Shown: positions 29,768-39,694 of the stretch, piece by piece | Position numbering within the stretch: the stretch's first letter is position 1 | Layout of the letters: the number at the start of each line of letters is the position of its first letter | NCBI GenBank assembly: GCA_964647565.1 | Contig: CAZYIM010000022.1 | Span: forward strand, 1 to 44,686 | DNA length: 44,686 nucleotides | Source of the DNA: an uncultured Methanosarcinales archaeon | GTDB taxonomy: Archaea > Nanobdellota > Nanobdellia > Woesearchaeales > CAZYIM01 | Reading direction: 5' to 3' | Made by a program: the position numbers and the translations under genes | Notes under the pieces: generated by a model | Databases searched by the model: none | The model's input: the letters and a program-made list of their open reading frames with translations, nothing else | Told to the model about the DNA's origin: nothing

Positions 29768-30697
29768 TCAGTCAAATGCGCCATATATTTCTGGTTGGAT
29801 CACCTGTTGAATAGTTTGAGGAGGCTTTTTGATCAGTGTTTCAAATTTAGTCCCGTGCTTAATTTTGTATAGGATCATATTATATGCCAATTCATCATGA
29901 TTAGGAAGGTCTCCGGGAATTTTTAGAAAATGTTTTATTGCCTCCTGCTCAAACATGAGCGGATTATAGTTGTCATCCGTCCATTCCATCATCTCATCAT
30001 GTTCTGGATCGAGCAACTCTTTTAATGACGGATCTCTGAACATTTCGTCACATTCCTGATTTCTTATCTTTTCAGGATCATCATCCTTAGCATTAAAAAT
30101 AAGGCCTAACTGCACATCCTGGGTGAGTTGTAGCTTCTGTTCATGATCTATCTTTATTCCATATCTTCTCAGATATTTATTGCTTGCCTTCTCCGCGCAT
30201 TCAACAGCCATATACATACTTGCAGCCTGTATAAAGGAGAGATATACATAACCCTGTTCCAAGGTAGGCTCACGATCAATCAAATCATCGATATAAGGCA
30301 TATTCAAGTTCTCATTTTTAGATGCGATGAACAATCTGGCCATCCCACTTAGCATCAGGTATTTTCTGTGAGCTATCAGCTGTCCATCGTGACTAAAATA
30401 CAACTCAGGAACAGTACAGCCAGTCTCATTGATAAACCTGGCCTCCTCTATCAAATCCCAATCCTCAGCAAGGGCTTTTAAGATATATACATCATGATTT
30501 TTCTCATCAGTGAACATAGTCGGTTCGAACTGAAAATTAAGGGCCATTTGAGACCTTAATGCATCTTCTTGATATGATAACCAACCGATCTTAAAATTTG
30601 GTTTATTAAATTTCTCAAATCTTTTCTTAAAAAGGGAAAAACAGTTATCAAATTCTTTTTCTAATGACAATAATACCACCTGTACCATAAGAAACAA
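29768..30697 (-). CDS. Hypothetical protein
   Basis: ~300-aa ORF; start uncertain (AGGTGG RBS suggests a TTG a few codons in). Confidence 0.65.
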   Translation of the reverse strand: MFLMVQVVLLSLEKEFDNCFSLFKKRFEKFNKPNFKIGWLSYQEDALRSQMALNFQFEPTMFTDEKNHDVYILKALAEDWDLIEEARFINETGCTVPELYFSHDGQLIAHRKYLMLSGMARLFIASKNENLNMPYIDDLIDREPTLEQGYVYLSFIQAASMYMAVECAEKASNKYLRRYGIKIDHEQKLQLTQDVQLGLIFNAKDDDPEKIRNQECDEMFRDPSLKELLDPEHDEMMEWTDDNYNPLMFEQEAIKHFLKIPGDLPNHDELAYNMILYKIKHGTKFETLIKKPPQTIQQVIQPEIYGAFD

Positions 30698-30780
30698 TCC
30701 CAGTTATTTAAACATTATGAAAAAAATAAACATATCCTTAGCACTAGCTTTTTATAGAAGCATTGTTTCTAATGTACTAA

Positions 30781-31530
30781 ATGGCCAACTTTTGGATTAT
30801 TGTCAATAAAGTGATTGATGAAGCCGATGTGCTTCTTATTCTATTAGATGCAAGGCTCGTAAACGAAACGAGGAATCTGGAAATTGAAGAAAAAGTTAAA
30901 TCTGCTTCTAAACCTTTGATCTATGTGATTACCAAATCAGACTTGGTTGAAGATAAAAGTGTTGTGGAGAAATTTAAAAAAGAATTGCACCCCTGTGTTT
31001 TTGTATCCTCAAGGAAATATTATGGAACAACAATCCTTAGGGAACGGATATTGATTGAAGCAAAAAAACATAAAATCACATCGATACCTGTTAAAGTCGG
31101 CGTTCTTGGTTATCCTAATGTGGGTAAGTCTTCGTTGATTAATGCCATGAGCGGCGGTAGCGGTGCGCCTACCAGTTCAATGAGCGGCTATACAAAAGCC
31201 ATGAAGAAAATCAAGTCAGATAACCAGATCCTGTTCTTGGACACTCCAGGAGTTATTCCTTATATGGAAAAAGAAGCTGAGAAGCATTCAATAATAGGTT
31301 CAGTTGACTTTACACGAGTTAAGGAGCCAGATTTAGCTGTTATGAAGATTATGGAGCAATTTCCAGGCAAAGTTGAAGCCTATTATGGTGTTCCGGTTAT
31401 AGAAGATCTTCAGGCGTCTCTTGAAAATATTGCAGTCTCAAAACATATAATTAAAAAAGGCAATGAACCCAATGTTGATAAGATGGCCCGAACTATCCTA
31501 AAAGAGTGGCAGAAAGGAAATATAAAATAG
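30781..31530 (+). CDS. Circularly permuted ribosome-biogenesis GTPase (YlqF/RbgA family)
   Basis: LDAR, G4 TKSD, then G1 GYPNVGKS, G2 GYT and G3 DTPG. Confidence 0.92.
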   Translation: MANFWIIVNKVIDEADVLLILLDARLVNETRNLEIEEKVKSASKPLIYVITKSDLVEDKSVVEKFKKELHPCVFVSSRKYYGTTILRERILIEAKKHKITSIPVKVGVLGYPNVGKSSLINAMSGGSGAPTSSMSGYTKAMKKIKSDNQILFLDTPGVIPYMEKEAEKHSIIGSVDFTRVKEPDLAVMKIMEQFPGKVEAYYGVPVIEDLQASLENIAVSKHIIKKGNEPNVDKMARTILKEWQKGNIK

Positions 31531-31533
31531 GTT

Positions 31534-32631
31534 CTATATTGAAATATCTTTAATATCCAGATTGAAAAGCATCTCAATGTTCTCGAATCTTTCAACATCT
31601 TCAGAACAGACAAAAGTGATTGCATGACCATGTTTATCTGTCCTGCCAGTCCTTCCGATCCTGTGGACATAGAATGAAGCCCTTGTAGGCACATCATAAT
31701 TAAGCACCAGATCAACATTGTCAATATGCAGACCTCTGGCAGCGACGTCTGTGGCAACCAACACATTAATTTTACCGCTCTTAAGCAAGTTAAGATGGTT
31801 TATTCGTTCATTCTGGGTAAGATTACGGCTAATTGCTTTAACCTTAAACTTGTTTTCCGCTAGGAAATTGGTGATTTCGTCACACCTGACTTTTTTATTA
31901 CAAAAAATCATCATTCGTTTGAACCTGTTGTCAGATAACAATTCTAGAAGTGTCTTGTTCTTGTCTGGTATCTCGCAAAACAATTTTTCCTGTGAAATAT
32001 TCTTTGGAATCTGTGAGCCAATTGTCAAGAATTCATAATCAACAATCACAGTTTTCATGAAAGCTCTGACCTTTAGTGTAATAGTAGCAGAAGAAAGAAT
32101 CAATTGCGCCTCATTACTGGCTCTTTGCTTCACATAAACGCATTCATCAAAGAAACCGTCGTCAAACATCTGATCGCTCTCATCAAAAACAATAAGTTTT
32201 GTATCTCCGACTTTGATTTGCTTATTGTTGATATGCTGGATCAATCTTCCAGGAGTCCCGACCATTATCTGGTTCTTCCTATTAGTAGTCTTGTAATCTC
32301 CAAAAATCTCTCTGCCGCCATAAAGCATTCCAACTTTCAAGCCCAGAGGATCACAGACTCTCTGTATCTCCTTGCCCACCTGGATGCAAAGCTCCCTTGT
32401 AGGTACAAGAACAATCATTTGAATACCAAATTTCTTGTTAATCTTTCCAAGAAAACCGATTGTGAACGCCAAAGTCTTGCCGCTGCCGCTCCTGGAAGTA
32501 AAAACAATATTCTTGCCCTGGATTGCCAACGGAATGATTTCTTTTTGGACCTCAAAAGCCTCTTTAAGGTCTAGACTATCGAGGGCATGTATTATCTCTT
32601 TTTTCAACTTAAGCTCTGAAAACTTGGTCAT
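31534..32631 (-). CDS. DEAD-box RNA helicase (DESD variant)
   Basis: SGSGKT, PTREL, GG, TPGRL, DESD, SAT, TDVAARG and HRIGRTGR. Confidence 0.95.
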   Translation of the reverse strand: MTKFSELKLKKEIIHALDSLDLKEAFEVQKEIIPLAIQGKNIVFTSRSGSGKTLAFTIGFLGKINKKFGIQMIVLVPTRELCIQVGKEIQRVCDPLGLKVGMLYGGREIFGDYKTTNRKNQIMVGTPGRLIQHINNKQIKVGDTKLIVFDESDQMFDDGFFDECVYVKQRASNEAQLILSSATITLKVRAFMKTVIVDYEFLTIGSQIPKNISQEKLFCEIPDKNKTLLELLSDNRFKRMMIFCNKKVRCDEITNFLAENKFKVKAISRNLTQNERINHLNLLKSGKINVLVATDVAARGLHIDNVDLVLNYDVPTRASFYVHRIGRTGRTDKHGHAITFVCSEDVERFENIEMLFNLDIKDISI

Positions 32632-32671
32632 AGGCAAAAATGAGAATAAGTTGTTTTAAAAGTGTTGTGAA

Positions 32672-32783
32672 AACAATGCGCCGGCCGGGTCGTGTAACCT
32701 TGAAGTTACTGTGCCCCGGCAGGACTACAGTTTCTAACAAAACTAGAACAATCTTATCAAGAAATAACAATGCGCCGGCCGGG
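32672..32783 (-). repeat. 18-bp direct repeat of the tRNA-Gly 3' end flanking a 76-nt hairpin-rich insert
   Basis: AACAATGCGCCGGCCGGG at 32672-32689 and 32766-32783 (offset 94). Confidence 0.9.
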
Positions 32784-32856
32784 AATCGAACCCGAGTCGC
32801 AAGCTCTTTGCATTTGCATATGGCAAGCTTGAATTCTACCGCTAAACCACCGGCGC
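32771..32856 (-). tRNA. tRNA-Gly(GCC) with 15-nt intron at 37/38
   Basis: Acceptor GCGCCGG/CCGGCGC; CAAGC-TT-GCC-A; intron 32806-32820 forms a clean BHB (TTGC/GCAA); T-loop TTCGATT. Confidence 0.95.
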
Positions 32857-32954
32857 ATATAGGTAAAAATTATTGAATTGGAATTTAAAGAAAAAAAAAG
32901 AATTTATAAAGTTTATGAAATGGCTCGACTATTTCAAAACTTCAAAATACAGCT

Positions 32955-33392
32955 TCATAAACCAAATCTTTTGGCCATATCCTTAATTGCAATTTCAGAC
33001 TTTTTCTTTTCGAACATCTCAGTCTGTTGTTTACGTATTTTCACTTCAGTATAAAGTTCTTCTATTTTCGCTTCCCATTCATTGTCGGGAATATATCCAG
33101 TAAATTTAGAATTGACATCACTCTCTCTCATAAGCCGAAATACTTCCTGACCAGCATATACAACTGAAGCAGCTGTTATGTCCAGCCATTCTGTCTTCTC
33201 ATATGTTAAATTTAATCCATCCCTATTCAAGAAATATATATCATGAGCTATCTTGACTCCGCCGTCTAACCAGCCTTTGTCAGTATGAGCTCCTAAATAC
33301 AAGCACACATCTTGTATCTTGCCAAATAGGTTCTTATCTTCAGCCTCAGCCAATCTTTCCTTGATCTTTGCTTCCAACTCTTTTTGTTTCAT
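32955..33392 (-). CDS. Hypothetical protein
   Basis: 145-aa ORF with GGGGTG RBS. Confidence 0.7.
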   Translation of the reverse strand: MKQKELEAKIKERLAEAEDKNLFGKIQDVCLYLGAHTDKGWLDGGVKIAHDIYFLNRDGLNLTYEKTEWLDITAASVVYAGQEVFRLMRESDVNSKFTGYIPDNEWEAKIEELYTEVKIRKQQTEMFEKKKSEIAIKDMAKRFGL

Positions 33393-33456
33393 AATAACAC
33401 CCCATCTACTATTTTAATCTAATAAAGTTCCCCCATCTCTTTTTTTTATAAGAAAA

Positions 33457-34890
33457 TTAAGTGCTTATATTCACATTGTTGGAAAAGATAGATCTCTCTT
33501 TTCCTGAACTGGTCTCAAATGATACTTTGGAGGGAGGTAAAGAGATACCACCAACTATCTGTAGCTTTGATTTAGCTCGATAGGTTATGATGCGTTCTTC
33601 AAAGCCTTCTATTGATTCTACAGACCATTTGAGGACTGTTCCCCTTTTCTCATGCTTAATTACCTTTGAAGGTATTAGGGTTCCAAGATTCTTCTCTTCG
33701 ATCAGATTAGCGATTCTTGGTAGTTTGTCTGTCACGTTTAACTTTGTGACTGCCTTTCTGCTACGGTTCTTGAAGAAAATTTTAATCTTGATCCTGGAAA
33801 CTCCTCCTTCTTCGGATGTGTTCTCTATAATTGCTTCTTTTTGGATTAAAATAGGGCTTCTGAAGGCAAAATATGCAATTATTATCAATAAAAGTATAAC
33901 AGCTATTACGAAAAGTATTGTATAGTCCCGAATAACTGTCACTGTCTTGGCTTCTTTTGGCTCTAGCACGATTTCCCATTTAAGTTTTGAGTCTTCATAC
34001 TTTGCTTTAGGATCAGCTGTTGTAAAAATCCTTTCAAAGTAACTAGTTTCAAAATTGACTTTCTTTTCTCCAGCATCATTACCATCATTGACCAATGTGA
34101 ATGATTTGATGGTCCTTAAGAAAATTCGTTTTTCAGTTTTATTGACTATCTTTATCTTGGGATTGCCTGTTACTGTAAATGTCCTTGATTCTTCTCTTAT
34201 GACATTATCTTCATAAATGAGACTTGCTTTGACATTATATGTCCCAGGAGTCTGGAATGGATCAATATCAAAATAAACAGTATTGGTTTTCTCGCTCAAT
34301 GGAGAAAGTTCAGTCTTGTATTCCTTGCTGAACAGGTCTCCTTGTATAAGTACAGTTAGGTCCTGGATATCAAGGGCATTTCTATTGATCATGTAGACAT
34401 CCATAACATATTGCCCCCCTTCTGGATTAAAGGTCTCATTCATGTTCAAAACAAGCTTGACAGCAGGAACATACTCACCTTGGTAAAGCTCATATGGGGT
34501 GACACGGATGCTCACCCATTGATCAATAACATTCTTAGGATTGTTTCTTGATTGTATAGATAATTGGACTGACCAGAGGCCATATAGCTCAAAAAGCTTG
34601 TCTTTTTTTCGTGGTTTTACATATATTCGAAGAGTCTTGGCTTCAGCAGGATCAAGGAGAGTGCTTCGCGGCTCAGAAATGGTCCAGTCTGCAGCAACAG
34701 TACTGATGGTGAAAAAATCTTGCATGTCTGCAAAATTAGTTATAGTTACATCAACAACAGCGGACTGATCAAGCAGAATAGTAGTGTTGATCGCCTCTAC
34801 ATCAACGTTAAACTCATCTCCTGCTGCATTGCAAAATGACATCAGCAAGACAAAGACAATAGTAAATAAGATTAAATTAGTTAGTTTCAT
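33457..34890 (-). CDS. Single-pass membrane protein with Ig-like extracellular and cytoplasmic domains
   Basis: Signal peptide from ATG 34890 (RBS GGAGAGGG); TM ILFVIAVILLLIIIAYFAF; beta-rich domains on both sides. Confidence 0.8.
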   Translation of the reverse strand: MKLTNLILFTIVFVLLMSFCNAAGDEFNVDVEAINTTILLDQSAVVDVTITNFADMQDFFTISTVAADWTISEPRSTLLDPAEAKTLRIYVKPRKKDKLFELYGLWSVQLSIQSRNNPKNVIDQWVSIRVTPYELYQGEYVPAVKLVLNMNETFNPEGGQYVMDVYMINRNALDIQDLTVLIQGDLFSKEYKTELSPLSEKTNTVYFDIDPFQTPGTYNVKASLIYEDNVIREESRTFTVTGNPKIKIVNKTEKRIFLRTIKSFTLVNDGNDAGEKKVNFETSYFERIFTTADPKAKYEDSKLKWEIVLEPKEAKTVTVIRDYTILFVIAVILLLIIIAYFAFRSPILIQKEAIIENTSEEGGVSRIKIKIFFKNRSRKAVTKLNVTDKLPRIANLIEEKNLGTLIPSKVIKHEKRGTVLKWSVESIEGFEERIITYRAKSKLQIVGGISLPPSKVSFETSSGKERSIFSNNVNIST

Positions 34891-35023
34891 GACCCTCTCC
34901 TCCACATTTTGTTTAAGGAATATCTCATATTTATAACTTTCTATTTTACAATAGGGACATTTATAAGAGATGTTGTTGCGAAATATTAAAAAAGAGGGTA
35001 AAATTCTATCCATTATTGTTTAT

Positions 35024-35202
35024 GGGGCCATAGTGTAGCTTGGAAGAAATGGATATGTATCTTTTCTGAGCCACTATCACTGGAGCTCGGGGTTCGTGAG
35101 AGTAAGGAACGATATGTTCCTGTCGATGACACGGACAGCTTCCAACCGGAGTTCAAAACTAGTAATAGTAGATGATTGCTAGGGACATTCTCCGTGGCCC
35201 CA
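35024..35202 (+). tRNA. tRNA-Pro (anticodon GGG as aligned) with three introns (D-loop, anticodon loop, T-loop)
   Basis: Acceptor GGGGCCA/TGGCCCC-A. Introns ~35044-35073 (BHB GCTT/GAGC), ~35093-35136 and ~35158-35188; removing them leaves a 74-nt cloverleaf. Confidence 0.85.
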
Positions 35203-35223
35203 CTTATTCTTTTATATTATTAA

Positions 35224-35790
35224 TTACTTTGTAGAATTTAGTCTGGGTTGTAAGAATTCTTTCTGGTAAAGATTGCACATTCGCTCGTAGAAACCTGGTT
35301 TTTTAATGAAACGTGACTTGCGCCAAGATTTTTTTGACGGAAAATGAAATTGCACATATTCAGAAACAAAAGACCCGCTCAGGTCCACAGCATCATCAAA
35401 ATCCTGGCCTGGTTTATTATTGGATATATTATCAAGCACACAAGTAACCCTATATTCAGATCCTGATTTCTCAAAACTTTGGAAAACAATATTAGGGTTC
35501 AATTTATGCTTTTTACGTCTAAGTACTTCCGCCCGATAGTCTTCTTGCCACACATCCTGGTCTAACATTGTCGCAACCAATACTACATTATTGCTATCTA
35601 TCAAAGTCTTATATCTGTACTCGTATGATGAATCTGTATACATCTTTCCCGTTTCTTTTTCACCTGTCTTTATTAGGTGCTGCCTTATCCTGCCTTGTAA
35701 AGAATCTTGGTAAGGTATTGTTTTTTGAAATGTAGAACAAGAAAAAAGTGCCAGAGTGATAGTTGTCAATCCCAAAAGAAGTTTCTTCAT
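35224..35790 (-). CDS. Putative lipoprotein
   Basis: MKKLLLGLTTITLALFSC lipobox-like signal. Confidence 0.65.
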   Translation of the reverse strand: MKKLLLGLTTITLALFSCSTFQKTIPYQDSLQGRIRQHLIKTGEKETGKMYTDSSYEYRYKTLIDSNNVVLVATMLDQDVWQEDYRAEVLRRKKHKLNPNIVFQSFEKSGSEYRVTCVLDNISNNKPGQDFDDAVDLSGSFVSEYVQFHFPSKKSWRKSRFIKKPGFYERMCNLYQKEFLQPRLNSTK

Positions 35791-35829
35791 CAGATTAAGA
35801 AAGTAAGTGGTTTATTTAAATTTAACTTT

Positions 35830-36801
35830 CTAATTATCAGAACTCACATATTTAATCAACTTTTCAATAGGAATTTCGTGTGCTGTAAGTTGCCTGTCTG
35901 CAAGATATGTTTTGTTAATTCTAGATTCCTGGAGGATCTCTAAAAGTTTTTTTCTACCACCTTCGCCAGGCGTATTTGTTTGGAATGCTGCTGCAATAAC
36001 ATCATCTACTAATTCTCGAGGTATCTTATAACCCATTTTTTGCAATCCGATTCCCCATTCAGTTAGGTCAGATACGCCATTGCTATCGATTTCAGAGATA
36101 TGATAAGCTTTCCCACTTAGATGTAAATGACCTTTCTCTCCGGATGGTTGAAGATCTTCATCAACAACCTGGACTTTTAATTTATCATCATCTATATTTT
36201 TGTTTACAAAATCAGCCCATGTTTTGAAGGGAATATATATTGTAGCAGCGGTGTCTGCATTCACAGCATAACCAAGTTCTGCATAAAATGAATATCTTTT
36301 TTCATTATCTGAAGCTTCATTAGAATTTATATTAACAAGTTCAAAAGCTTGTTTTCTTATCTGTTTATATTGTTCTCTTGGAAATTTGGGAAATAATTTA
36401 ATTATATTATTATATGGAAACCCGACCTTAATTTGTCTCTCAACTGTTTTCTCAGCATAATAACTCTCTACTGCTGCTGGGCGAAGATTATACTCCTTTA
36501 ATGCATTATTTGTAGCAATTCCACCACGCCATAGTACTGGCAAGATAGCATAGAAAAAAAGATAAGGCCAATTAATTTTAATTTTACGACGAGGTTTTCC
36601 TTTACCACTCTTTCCTTGTTTGGGAACTGTACTTGGTTTTTTTCCTTTAATAGATTTTAGAGGTTTTCCTTGAAGAACTAAATGTCTAAGTTCTTTTTGG
36701 GTATTAACACGATGTGTCTTGCCTGTTTTACGATTTCTATATATCATACCCTTATCATCAGATCCAATATGATCCCAATCACCAGGATTATTTTTACTCA
36801 T
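35830..36801 (-). CDS. Hypothetical membrane-anchored protein with basic N-terminus
   Basis: K/R-rich first 75 aa, then TM WPYLFFYAILPVLW. Confidence 0.7.
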   Translation of the reverse strand: MSKNNPGDWDHIGSDDKGMIYRNRKTGKTHRVNTQKELRHLVLQGKPLKSIKGKKPSTVPKQGKSGKGKPRRKIKINWPYLFFYAILPVLWRGGIATNNALKEYNLRPAAVESYYAEKTVERQIKVGFPYNNIIKLFPKFPREQYKQIRKQAFELVNINSNEASDNEKRYSFYAELGYAVNADTAATIYIPFKTWADFVNKNIDDDKLKVQVVDEDLQPSGEKGHLHLSGKAYHISEIDSNGVSDLTEWGIGLQKMGYKIPRELVDDVIAAAFQTNTPGEGGRKKLLEILQESRINKTYLADRQLTAHEIPIEKLIKYVSSDN

Positions 36802-36845
36802 TTTAAAGTAAGAAACTAATTGAAATATTTAAATTTAACTTAGAA

Positions 36846-38912
36846 TTAACCAAGAACTCTGCTGACATGTTCTTGTTTGGCGATCCTAACAACGTTCTCA
36901 ACGTAAGATTCCATCTTAGGTTCATGACTGACTATTATGGTTTGTTTGGTATTTATGAGCTGTAGAACATCTCTGATCCTATCCAGCTGTTCAGATGAGA
37001 ATCCATCGGTTGGCTCGTCCAGGATGATAAAATCCCTGGTCTTGATGGTTCCTATAAAGTCATTGATGACCTTGTTTAGAGCAAGACGATACGCCAAGGC
37101 AACAGACGTCTTTTCTCCACCTGAAAGATTATGTATGCTGGTTTCATATCCATTTTGTATAATTACAGGCGTAAAGCTCTCATCAAGCCTTACAGATATT
37201 GTCTCTTCCTCGATTATTGAATCAAACCATTCTCTGAATAGTTCATTGAACTCATTATATATTTTGAGAAGAACATTCTTCTCCATTAATTCAATCAGAT
37301 TTGTAAACATTTTATTTAGCCAGTTATCTGTCTCATTGATATAGTCTAACTTCTTCTTTTGATCTGCTTTTTCCTGTAGTTGATTTTCCAGGTCTAAATT
37401 AATCTCTTGAATGTTAAGTATATCTCGTTCGACCGTAGCTTGGGATATTTCAAGATTCTTGTTCTCCTCCATCAATTCATCTTTTAGTTTCCTTTCTTTG
37501 TTATAATCAGTTTCTATATGTGATTCTGATATAATTGATTTTTTAACAATCTTAATTTCTGTTTGGAAATTTTTAATATCAGCGATTATTTGTTCAATTT
37601 CTTTATTTTTATTGATCTGCTCTGATTCCAGCTCTTCAACCCTTTTTTGTTTCAGCCTGCGTATCTCAATTTTCGATAAATCCTCTTTTATCTGTTTATT
37701 CGCTTGTTCCAACTCTTCTTTCTTTTGAACTATTTTAGTCAGGAAATCTGTGATAGTCTTTAGATTATTATCAATTAGTTTTATTTTCTCTTCTTCCCTG
37801 CCAACAACATCTTGTTTATGTTGGGCTGTTACCTGTTGACGACACAAAGGACAATTCTCTAAGGTCTCGATCTGATCAATTATTTTTATTGAACTTGATT
37901 TTATTGTTGCATGTTTAGTCTGCTTAGTCTTACCGGCCTCAATCTTGCCAGTATAGTCTTCCATAAGCTTCGAATTGGCCTCGAATTTGGTTTGCAGTGC
38001 CTTTTCATCAATCATCTTTATGTTTGCCAGATCTTGTTGAAGCTCCTTGATTTTTAGCGTATTATTTTCTATATTTTGTTCGATTTCTTTCAGCCTATGC
38101 TCATTATTTCTAAGATTGTTTTCGAGAAGAGTCTTCTTATTCTTAGAGTTAGTCAACTGTTTGATGCGTTCTTCATATTTTAATAAGGATTCATTTTTCT
38201 CTTTCAATGATTTCGCTGCAGTCTCAATTTTTAATTTCAGCTGTTTAATCTCATCGGATAATAGACCAAGGTTGGCTTGATTCATCTTTTTCTTTTCGTT
38301 AAGCACGTCAATGCCTTCGAGTTTAGTTTCAAACACCTTTTTTTCAGACCTGAGCTCTCTTTGGATAAGAATCAGGTTTTCCTTTATTCTCTTGTATTTG
38401 TCTATATCAAATACCTTTCTTAGGGTATCTAATCGATCATCTATGCTTTCATATAGGATCTGTTTCATCTCTTCTTGGGGTGTATATACTGTATACCGGA
38501 ATATTAAGGATTTTGACTTGGTCAACAGTTCATCAGGATATCCAATCAGGTTCAATATCCGGGCTTTTAGCTCTGTTGCGGTTCCTGAGGATTTCACACC
38601 ATCAACCATGATATACCCACTGTCTTGACCAACCCCTGTCTTAGTTCTTTTAAGACCTCTTTTTATGATAATCTTCTTTTTATCGATATTGAAATCTAGC
38701 TCCACAAAACCTTCCTTTTTACCGTGCCTCAATAAACTGGTTCCTGAAAGCTGTCCTTTCATGATGCCAAAGATGGCAAATTCAATTGCTAATAGGATAG
38801 TGCTTTTTCCGGTTCCAATATCACCGCTCAATAAGATAGATCCTTCTGGAAACTTTATTTCTTCCTCAAGATACGACCTTATGTTCTGGAGCTTCAAAGA
38901 ATTGATTTGCAT
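36846..38912 (-). CDS. rad50: DNA double-strand break repair ATPase Rad50/SbcC
   Basis: Walker A GDIGTGKS, Q-loop YTPQ, coiled coil with central CPLC zinc hook, LSGGE, ILDEPT and SH. Confidence 0.92.
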   Translation of the reverse strand: MQINSLKLQNIRSYLEEEIKFPEGSILLSGDIGTGKSTILLAIEFAIFGIMKGQLSGTSLLRHGKKEGFVELDFNIDKKKIIIKRGLKRTKTGVGQDSGYIMVDGVKSSGTATELKARILNLIGYPDELLTKSKSLIFRYTVYTPQEEMKQILYESIDDRLDTLRKVFDIDKYKRIKENLILIQRELRSEKKVFETKLEGIDVLNEKKKMNQANLGLLSDEIKQLKLKIETAAKSLKEKNESLLKYEERIKQLTNSKNKKTLLENNLRNNEHRLKEIEQNIENNTLKIKELQQDLANIKMIDEKALQTKFEANSKLMEDYTGKIEAGKTKQTKHATIKSSSIKIIDQIETLENCPLCRQQVTAQHKQDVVGREEEKIKLIDNNLKTITDFLTKIVQKKEELEQANKQIKEDLSKIEIRRLKQKRVEELESEQINKNKEIEQIIADIKNFQTEIKIVKKSIISESHIETDYNKERKLKDELMEENKNLEISQATVERDILNIQEINLDLENQLQEKADQKKKLDYINETDNWLNKMFTNLIELMEKNVLLKIYNEFNELFREWFDSIIEEETISVRLDESFTPVIIQNGYETSIHNLSGGEKTSVALAYRLALNKVINDFIGTIKTRDFIILDEPTDGFSSEQLDRIRDVLQLINTKQTIIVSHEPKMESYVENVVRIAKQEHVSRVLG

Positions 38913-39005
38913 TATTTTGGTAAGTCTAAATATGTTTATAAGTCTTTTTGTAAAATGTCAATATTTTTATAATCAGTTAACTTTCTTTTATTTGGTGGTT
39001 GTTTT

Positions 39006-39599
39006 TTGGCTTCGGCTAAAAAGATTAAATCGTTTTTAGAAACTATTCTTCCTGATTATATTAAATTGGAACCTGCCAGATCTGCTTTAAAAAATATTAT
39101 GGATGTATATTCTGGAGATTTATGGATCATTGGCGGATATATCAATCGAATTGTTGTTTCAAAGATTTATGATAAGCCTGAAGCATTATCAGGCGGGGAT
39201 CTTGACATTATGCTTGCTGAAAAATTCGATTTAAAGCTCATCCCAACTATGAAAGATTGGCGAAGGCTAAAAAACAAATATGGTGGTTTAAAATTGCGAA
39301 ATAAGAATCTAAAAGTAGATATCTTTTATATTCAAAATGAAAAACGACTTTCTGAAAGAAATTTAACACCCACAATTGATAATTATCTGGCTACAGCTCC
39401 TTTGACAGCACATTCCATTGCTTATGATGTAAAAAAGAACAGGATTATTGGAGACATAGGTCTTCTGGCACTTGAGTCACAAACCGTAAAGGTTAATGAT
39501 TATGCTGTCGCTGAAAAATTAGCTAAAAATAAAAAAATTTCAATCAAGGATCTGGTACAAAAAAAAGCAGATGATCTAGGATTCAGACCAATTTTTTAG
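39006..39599 (+). CDS. Stand-alone nucleotidyltransferase (class II CCA-enzyme/poly(A)-polymerase head-like)
   Basis: WIIGGYINR...GDLDI, NKYGG, VDIF and SIAYD motifs; TTG start with GGTGG RBS. Confidence 0.7.
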   Translation: MASAKKIKSFLETILPDYIKLEPARSALKNIMDVYSGDLWIIGGYINRIVVSKIYDKPEALSGGDLDIMLAEKFDLKLIPTMKDWRRLKNKYGGLKLRNKNLKVDIFYIQNEKRLSERNLTPTIDNYLATAPLTAHSIAYDVKKNRIIGDIGLLALESQTVKVNDYAVAEKLAKNKKISIKDLVQKKADDLGFRPIF

Positions 39600-39694
39600 A
39601 TTATTGATGTTTTTTCCGAATTGTAATCATTACAAAATAGTTATATTAGTAAGTTTTTTAAATACGATACTATTTCTCAACAAAGAGGGTAAGT

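Noticed and set aside
29765..29770. Genome-wide UGA=Trp or Gly reassignment (code 4 or 25)
   Set aside because: Two convergent genes both end at TGATCA and readthrough would create long antisense overlaps. Other long genes have no internal TGA and use TGG for Trp.
32640..32876. ORFs overlapping tRNA loci (also 21891-22082)
   Set aside because: Antisense to tRNA genes and their repeats; no coding signal.
34891..35013. 41-aa N-terminal extension of the 518-aa ORF
   Set aside because: Overlaps the promoter region shared with tRNA-Pro; RBS and signal peptide indicate a start at 34890.
36846..38912. Rad50 without adjacent Mre11 as a novel SMC-like system
   Set aside because: All motifs are canonical Rad50; mre11 may simply lie elsewhere in the genome.
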